From Chromera velia (taxonomy: Eukaryota): a stretch of DNA of 46,499 bases. Both the position numbers and the translations under genes were made by a program. How positions within the stretch are numbered: the first letter of the stretch is position 1; every line of letters starts with the position of its first letter. Below the pieces are notes generated by a model. That model ran no database searches, was not told the DNA's origin, and saw only the letters and a program-made list of their open reading frames with translations. The stretch covers positions 1 through 46,499 of the forward strand of contig JAHBMJ010000486.1 of NCBI GenBank assembly GCA_018398765.1, in the 5' to 3' direction. This document shows, piece after piece, positions 38,595 through 46,499 of this stretch.

Positions 38595-41024
38595 GTCTAT
38601 CGGTTCCCTGGACGCAATTTGAGGAGCAGAGGGAGGCCTGGTGGAATGGAATTGTCAACTCCCGCAGTCCCGATGTGGTGAGTGCCTTGGTGGAGCAGAC
38701 CAGAGCCGTGGGGGAGACGGCGCTGAAGTCTGTGCCGAATCCCACGAGGAAGTTGGAGGCCTTCCGCCACCAGAAGAATTTGGACAAGCTGTACCAGACA
38801 CAGTTCAAGTCCTCCTCAGATGGCAAAACAGTGAGTGTGTCTCGAGAAGCCCTCAGCCCCTTTGTGTGTGACGAGGCCGAGGATGTGCTGGTCCTCGTGA
38901 ACGGAGTGGTGCGGCCTGAGCTCTCCGCTTTGAGCTCGGCCAGCGAATTTTATCTCGGCAGCTTGGGGGGGGCGGGTGATGAGATTGTGTCCGTGTTGGA
39001 ACGGGAGGGTCTCCTGTCGTTTATTCCTGAGTGGACGAATTTCGATCAGCTGAGGGACTACGAGGACAGCTACCCTGTCTTTGACAGGTAGGTGGTGGGT
39101 AGGTGGGTTTCCTTTTGCTTGTAATCATCGTGGTTGGTTGGGACCTAGGTGGTGGATTTTGTTCGTTCAGTTGTTTGTGCTGCACCTGACGAACCGTAAT
39201 TGGTTGGGATGAAGGTCTGGCCTCCTCGCGGACTGGGACCACATTTGAAAGCTCCACGGACCAACCGCCTCTCACTCACTCATAAGAAAACTTCTTTGCA
39301 AGGACCCGTCCAGATTTGTTTGTGAGAGAAAACCTTTGCCGTTCGGGACGAAAGGATTCACTTGACATTGGCTGCTGAAAAATACGGAAGACCTGCTAAG
39401 ATGCAGGTTGTCTGTCTCTTTCGATTTCGACAGTTGAGTGGGGCAGTGTGTCGTCAGAAGTGCTGGATACAAAAAAGTCAAGGCAGGCGTCCACATATTC
39501 CTACACAAATGGAGAAAAGGAAAACCCGTCGCACATCTGTCTGCGTGTCTTTCTTTCTGACTGTCTGTGCCTATGTGTGTTCGGGTGTGTGCAGAAAGAA
39601 GTTCGATCACGGCATGGCGAAGTTCGCTGCCCTCAACCTTGCATGTGCCAGCGACGCCGCTGTGCTCCGGGTGAATCCGGGGGTGAAGGTGGAGAAACCT
39701 TTGCAAGTCAGTCCGTGACCTGTCCCATGTTGTATTGTCTGCCTGCATGTGTGCATGTGCGTGTCTCTTTTCCTCTCTCTCGCTCTCTCTCTCGTGTGCA
39801 CCGAGGTACCTCCTCTTTCAGAGCAACTTCCACACAGAGTGTGGCACCTTCCCCCTTCGTGTCGATACCCTCTGTCCTTTTGCCTGTCGAGGTGTCGATC
39901 TGATGAGTGGGTTGCCGGCGTACATGAGTGACCAATCAACCTGAAAGGATCAGACCTCTTTTCAAACTCCTGCCGAGGAAAGCAGGTCTGCCTCCTTTTC
40001 AACGCACCCGAAAATTCCTGTCTCCCTTCTTCCTTCCTCACTATCGTCGTCACTGCGCATTCATTCATGAACCCACCCAGCTACCCACCCACAAAGCCAT
40101 ACAGAATGAAAATCCCATTCAAATCTCATTCATGGATTCATTCATTCTTCGTGATTCCCTTCTCTCTGTCTCTCTGCAGATCCTGCATGTCGCAGTGGCT
40201 CCCGAAGAAAGCGACGCAGAGACTCTCCCGACGGCGTCACATCCTAGAGTTATCCTGTCAATGGGAGAGGGCGCTCAGGCACGGTCGGTCTGTCAGTGTT
40301 TTCTTTTCTTTCTTTTGAAATGGAAGAGGGGAAGGAAAGAAAAGCACGACAGACGTCATGGCAACCCGAAAGAGTGTGAGAATGGATGTTCTCAGTGCAA
40401 GGAGAGAGAAAGGACGCATTTACGCAAAGGGTTCCTGTCTGACTCATTCTCTCTCTATCAAGTCTGTTTTCCTTGTTTTTCTTCGGATTCTTCTCTTCTG
40501 ATCCCTCTTTCCTTTTTTGTTTCATGTAAGAGTAGAACTGGTTCTTGCTTCCTTTTTCCGTCCTCGTCTCTCTTCCTCTCAGGGTAGTCCACTCGAGCGT
40601 TTCCATCTCCTCTTCTTCTTCTTCTGCTGCTGCTGCCGAGGGAGAGACGCCCAAGGGGGGACTTGTGAACGGTGCCACTGTTGTGGGCATGGGGGAGGGC
40701 GCAGAGTTGAAGTTGGACGTGCTGCAGGAGTTGGAGGAGGGCAGGGGATGGTGGCACTGGGAACAGATGGCCGTCAGGAACGCTCCCAAGGTGGGAAGGG
40801 AGGGAAGTTGGGGGGAATGCTAGGTTGGGGGGGGTCTCTCTCTTGCAAGGGTGACATGGGAGGGACTCGATCGATCGATCGATCGATCGATCGATCGATC
40901 GATCGATCTGTGTTTTGTACTCTTTCTTTCTTTCTTTCTTCCTTCCTTCCTTCCTTCCTTCCTTCCTTCTTTCTTTCTTTCTTTCCTTCCTTTCTTTCTT
41001 TCTTTCTTTCCCGCTTGCGTGGTG

Positions 41025-41056
<32 letters not shown>

Positions 41057-44000
41057 CTCCCTATCTGTGGGGGATCTCCGGACGCCTGTCCCTCCTTTCT
41101 GCATTCTGTAAATCAATCTGCGGAGCTCCTCAAGGCATTTAGTTGTTAATTGCTTTGATACGCATGTTGGTATCTTTAGTATTCATTTCATGCATGTCTC
41201 ATCATCATCTGTACTCCCTCCCATTGTGGGTGCACCTCCGTGCCATCCCCTACTGACTGCAGGCCTCCGTGTCGATCTGCGAAATTCTGAGGGGGTCAGA
41301 GAGCAGTCGCTTGAACACACAAATCGACTCTCCAGGTGTGTGTGTGGGTGTGTAGGACTGTCCTCTTATCTCCATTCACAAGAAGAAAGTATTTACGGCA
41401 GACTCTCAGTGTTGTGACGATCAGAAGACGTGGTGATATATGAAGATAAGGGGGGAAAAGGCATTGCCGCTTTTCTGCCTGTCTGTCTGCTTCCCCTTGT
41501 GGGCGGTCACACCGTCCGGCCGGGGACTTCGAATGAATCTGTGGCGGGGGGCTTGGGCGATTTTTTTGTGCCTCCGTCCCAATTAATTGAATCCCCCCAC
41601 GCGTCGATTTCTGGACCAGATACTTGCCTCCTGTCTGCCTGGCATCTCTGTTTAGCTCATCTGTCTCTCTGCAGAGTCAGTACATCTGTCCGTACGCATG
41701 CAGACATAGTCTGGTTGTGTAGCCGTTCAGTTGGCATGAATGAGCTTTTGTTACTTGGTTGGAAGGACTTGTTTGTTTCCCTGTTGGTTTGATTGTTTCC
41801 TTCCTTCCTTGACTGCGTCCATGCAGGAGAGTGCAGGCAGGAGTTGTCGTCGCTGATCATGGCGGGCGGGCGGCAGCAGCTGACGGCGTGTCAGATGATT
41901 CACCACAGAAAGGGAGGGGGGACGACGGAACAGCTGCACAAGAATGTGATGGCAGATCGGGGTCCGTCGGTCGGTGTTGCTTTTTTTTAAATACAATATT
42001 TTCATTCAATCGTCTGTTTTTTTGTTTGTTGTTCCTGTTTCTCTTTCCGTCTTACTTGTTCGGTTGGACGCGCGGGAATACAAAGGGAAGGGAAGACAGA
42101 GAAGAGAAGAGAGAAAGGGTACAAGACGGAGGAAGCAGACAGTTGAAGGGGCAGCTGGGCATGTAGAGATGTGGGAGAAGGCTGTCTGGAGGGAGATAGA
42201 TATTCGGGAGGCGTATGCAGCTCCTCTCTCTCGGGTTAACCGACTCAGAAGATGAATCTTTGTTTGACTGCTCCACATGGCAATATGTCACTGATACTAT
42301 GTATGCTCACGTACGTACATACTTATTATATATATGTGTGTATGTAAGCACGGATAATGCGTACGCGTGCAGGGGACGCGTGCTGGAGGGGCAGAGTGCG
42401 AATAGAGCACGGGGCCGACCAGACGGCGTGTGCACAGATGTGCAGAACGTTGACAGTCAACCCGGGCACCAAGGTGGGTAGGGTGGGTCTCTCTCTCTCT
42501 TGGTCTCTTTTTGTTTTTTTAGTCTGTTCCGTGGCTGGCGTGGAGGAGCAGCTTTTTCTCTCTCTTCTTCCTGCACAAAGCTTTTCTAAGGTCACTGCAG
42601 ACAGAAGAGCGATGGAAAAGAACAACATAAACAAATTGGTCGACCGACCTGTCCGCGAGCCCTCTGACTCTCTCTTCGGTACTGCGCCCGTAATGTGTTA
42701 AAAAAAGGAAAGAAGGGGAAAGAGTGTTGCATGTGTTGGAATCGCTTTCTGCAGGCCACTGTGATTCCCTCGTTGGAAATTTTGACTTTCTTTTCTGTAT
42801 GAAAATAAATGCAGGCCACTGTTATTCCGTCGTTGGAAATTTTGACAGATGACGTCACGGCAACACACGGTGAGTGAATGAGTGAAGCATGGTTGAAAGA
42901 GACAAGAGGAGCGACAGAGGTGTCCCTCCCCCCTTCCCCCCTCCCTTCAGCTTTTCTCCTGCGTGCATGCCCCCGTTTTTGTTTGTGACTATAACAATGT
43001 CTGCCCCCTTGTTTATCACTTATTTTTCTTCTGTTTCTTCTTCCCCTGCTCCCTTTCTTTTTGTATCCCTCTCTCGTTGTTCCTTCCTCCTTCCCTGTCT
43101 GCGTTGCGCCCAGAAAAAAGAAGCTTTGCATCCGCATCCTTACCTCTCTCTCTTCTTCTCTGCCATCTTCCTCTCCCCGCGCAGAGGAGAGGCTTCGCGT
43201 TAAAGTTTTTTTGCAACAAGGTTTTTGTAGCATCCGTCTATGCGAACGCGATTGATGAAGTACTGCCACCCATCTACGCTTCTTTCTTTCATCCATTCAT
43301 TTCTTCCTCCCTCGGTTCCTTCGTGTAGGTGCAACTGTGAGCGACATTCCGGAGGCGGAAGTCTTCTACCTGACCAGCAGAGGAATTCCTAGAGGGGCAG
43401 CCCGGTCAGTCTGTCTGTCTGTCTGTCTGTCTGGGCAGACAGGAAGTTGCCCTTCGGGCACTCAGTGGGCCTGCGAGACAGCAAGAAGCCGTGCAGGAGC
43501 GTCTCTTTGGGTGCTTGTCTTTCTTTCACACATATATCCATTCTGCTGTTCATTTCCTTTTTGCTCTCACTCCCCTTTCTTTCCTTCCCTCCTTTCTTTC
43601 TTTCTTTCTTTCGGTCGGTCGGCCGGTCGGTCGTTCGTTCGCTCGTTCGTTCGTTCGTTCGTTTTTGTTCTTCATTCGATCCAGGCTCTATTCTTTCTGC
43701 ATGTGCGTGTGGGCGTGCATGCGTTCTGCCTTCTGCCTGCATGGTGTGTGTAGTCTTTTTGGGGTGGGTGCATAGTCTCAATTTTGTCTGTCTATGTACA
43801 GGCTGTGGTACGGTTTTCTATTTCTCTCACCTCTTTTTTGCGTGCATGTATGTCCATGGAATGAAATGAATCAATGGAAGGGAAGGTAACGGAATGCAGG
43901 TACATGCTCCTTCAAGGATTTGTAGAAGACATCGCCAGGGGGTTGACCGACAAGCGGGCAGAGAAGAGAGTAATGGTCAGTCGCTTGCAAGAGGTCAAAC

Positions 44001-44552
44001 GATCGATCGATAGATAGATCGGGGCTGGGACGGAAAGGAAGGACGGAAGGAAGGAAGCAAGGAGGGAAGGAAGGAAGGAAGGAAGGAAGGAAGAAAAGGA
44101 AAGAAGGAAGACTGGATGATGACCCGCCTGGAAGAGGATTGAGGGAGGAACATGATGATGAGCAAACATGTGAATGCTGCATACCCCCTGAGATGTTTTT
44201 TTTTAAGACCTACTCTGCTCTTTTCTTTTTTCGTTCAATTTTGTCTGTCTTCCCCTCCCCCTCTCGCGCTATCTTTCTCACAAAAGAAACAGATTGCAAA
44301 GCGGGGGCCAGGGTTGCATGTGTGTGCTCTGCGTGACTTTTGCATTGTTGGGAAAATTCAAATTCAGGAGTGTGCATACATTTGAAATTGGCTGTTTCCA
44401 TTTTTGACGGCTGGGTGGGTGTATGGATGAATTTGTGTGATAATCACTTCATGACTGGATGTGTGTCCGTGTCCGTGTTCGCGTGTATGTGCGCGCAGGA
44501 AAAATTGGACCGCATGGCCCCTGATGTGCTGTCGGGGGCAGCGGGGCGGTAG
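37323..44552 (+). CDS. sufD: Fe-S cluster assembly protein SufD, nuclear-encoded with bipartite plastid-targeting presequence, 13 exons
   Basis: Exons 37323-37454, 37948-38128, 38595-39087, 39595-39706, 40180-40283, 40583-40790, 41263-41335, 41827-41961, 42373-42473, 42815-42869, 43329-43404, 43900-43975 and 44499-44552. Motifs: PTRKLEAFRH, LVLVNG, FAALN, SHPRV, EQLHKNV, WRGRVRI...ADQT, PSLEILTDDVTATHGATV, FYLTSRGIP..AARYMLLQGF. N-terminal LLALLSLWLGFCRQSAFGF. Confidence 0.92.
40867..40908. repeat. Self-complementary (GATC)n microsatellite in a sufD intron
   Basis: About 10 GATC units. Confidence 0.9.
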
Positions 44553-45442
44553 TGGCGGGGCGTTTTGGGGGGAAGCATCGGGAAGTGGTAGAGAGAAGGA
44601 AGGAGTTGAGTTACTGTATGGGAGGGGATCTTTGGACAAAAAGGGTCAAGAGGGTCGTGCGAGCATCTCGATAGATGGATGAATGAATAAATGAATGATT
44701 GAATGGGTGGGCATTGGCTGTCCGGAGGGAGTGTCTGGCCCTGCTCGTAGTTGATCCATCGATGCCTGTTTCAAGAAGAAAGCTTCAGTGTCATTTTTCT
44801 GCATATGCATGTGGCATATATACAGATGTATGATGAATGCGTCTGCATGGTACTGCATGCTGCCTTTTTTACTGTGTTTCTGTCAAGTGGACTTACTTGT
44901 TTCTTTTTCGTTTCGCTTTTTTTAATTGACTGGTGCTTTCTACACTGCTAAATCGTTTTTTGACTTAAACGAGTGAGCGCATCAGCACTCAAACAGTGTC
45001 AGGCCACCACTGTCAATGACCGCATTGCATCGCTTCTGCTGCGGCAGCTCTACATTTGTTTCATGTCTGTCAGTCTCTGCCAAAAATCCCAAGTTTGCGT
45101 GATTTGAATCATTTCATCGGTTTTGCATTATAGTCAATCAAATACTACCACATTGTTTTTTTAAAGCGTTCAATTACTAACTGGAATATGATTTTCTTTT
45201 TTATTTGTAATTTCGCGAATATTCACGAATCATTGTCATAGTTAGTAGGGGTACTACTATTTGATTTATAATGAAGCTATTTTAGTTCTTTTAATAAGTT
45301 TTTGATTGATTGATTAATTGATAACAATTAGGTAGTAAGAACTGATAGAGGAAGGCCTTTTCAGTAAAGATACTATGATACTAGCTATGATCTTGTATAA
45401 GACAAAACGGTGACAGTGCTTTCAAGCACCATTAAATCACTA

Positions 45443-45608
45443 TAGGATATTAATGTCTGGAGGATTGGTCTCCTGCCCCAATGCCGAGCGCTCGACGTGC
45501 AGCGTCCAGGATATTATATCACTATTACTATATAACCACATATTAGGATTAGGATTTATGTCCGGAGGATTGACCTCCCGCCCCAATGCCGAATGTTCGA
45601 CGTGCAGC
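45443..45608 (-). mobile_element. Two copies of a short (about 60 bp) retroposon-like 3' end (hairpin plus AATCCT tail)
   Basis: 45443-45503 and 45542-45608 share atgtcyggaggattgrycTCCygccccaatgccgaryg.tcgacgtgcagc. A third, interrupted copy lies at 13481-13520 + 14778-14801. Confidence 0.55.
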
Positions 45609-45913
45609 TAGCTTCCAAGGAAAGCGCCTAGACGTATCAGACCTCCTTGGCCGGCCCACATAGGTCTAGGCTATGCCGCAAACGGTTTACAATTGAAGAG
45701 AAAGCACACGCGGCATGATTTTCCCTTTATCTGAATGACTTCTTGGTTCCAATCTGAGGTCATGTGGCAGAAGGGCAAAAGGCTTCCAAAAGCGAAATGA
45801 CTTTTAGTGTATATACACATGCACTTCAAGTTACATACACACCAATTAACACTTACACCTACACACACACCTAGGCACACACACATATACACACACATAC
45901 ACACACATACACA

Positions 45914-45945
<32 letters not shown>

Positions 45946-45980
45946 NNNNNNNNNNNNNNNNNNNNNNNNNNNNNNNNNNN
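45946..45980. other. Assembly gap (N run)
   Basis: 35 Ns next to a (CA)n tract. It truncates the histone exon. Confidence 0.98.
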
Positions 45981-46123
45981 CTCCGGTGTGTATCTGAGGT
46001 CGTGCCCGTGTGCCTTTGGGACCGTCTGAGTGCCCTCCCTGACTACCCTCGCGAAGGAGAGACGGGGTATCAGAAGCTCCGTGCTCTTCTGGTACTTCCG
46101 GATTTCCCTGAGGGCCACAGTGC
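45981..46123 (-). CDS. CENH3: Histone H3 variant, probably centromeric CenH3/CENP-A (internal exon, partial)
   Basis: ctgcag|GC ACT GTG gives [48 protein letters not shown]. It has an H3 fold with FAR in place of canonical FQR, a longer loop 1, and LRYTPE in place of LRFQSS. Confidence 0.8.
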
Positions 46124-46499
46124 CTGCAGTCAGGTACCTTGAGGAAATATATCTACACCCTGAGGCACTCCCCCCTTCTCTTCACGCATGTTCTGTGTAG
46201 TGCAGTTGAGTCTGAAGACCATTGAACCAGACTGCATATACCAAACAAAACCCGTTCCGGGAACTGGAGGCCGGGGCCCGCCTCCCCTCTTGAGTCAGTC
46301 GGTCGGTCAAGGGTCTCCAAGACAGACGCAGATCAACGACATGGAACGAAGCGAAAACAAAAGAGGGAAAAAAGAAGGAAAGCTTGAATGACCTGCCCCT
46401 CTCTCCCTCCTCCAGTTCTTTTGCAAACGAAAAGCAGCTGTGGGTCAGTCGGTCAATCTGTCAGTCAGCCAGCCAGTCAGTGAGTATCTCAGAGAGTCC

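Noticed and set aside
45610..45830. C-terminal exon of the histone variant
   Set aside because: No ALQEA.E / LFED / HAKRVT-like translation was found; only a chance IMPR.

Overview
Intron-rich, microsatellite-laden eukaryotic DNA. It probably comes from a secondary-plastid alveolate (chromerid-like); this is an inference from a signal-peptide/'SAF' SufD presequence and an apicomplexan-style CenH3. Most ORFs in the supplied track are microsatellite artefacts. The right part (about 19.9-46.5 kb) holds four complete spliced genes in two head-to-head pairs: an SVOP-like MFS transporter (-) with COP9 signalosome subunit 2 (+), and dCTP pyrophosphatase (-) with plastid-targeted SufD (+). It also holds one exon of a centromeric histone H3, cut by an assembly gap. 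The left part (1-18 kb) is accessory. It contains an orphan Gly/Ala-rich membrane-protein gene, a coiled-coil exon, two dead non-LTR retrotransposon fragments, several dispersed duplications and a 1.8-kb 58/63-bp minisatellite with higher-order structure. The most notable signals are: (1) recurrent CpA/TpG->TpA differences between repeat copies and TAG stops in retroelement relics, resembling fungal RIP in an apparently non-fungal genome; (2) a LINE fragment inserted into a short hairpin+(AATCCT)n element whose uninterrupted copies lie 31 kb away; (3) GTNNGT splice donors that run directly into tetranucleotide microsatellites; (4) a duplicated, stop-introducing splice acceptor in sufD. All gene models and alignments were read by eye.
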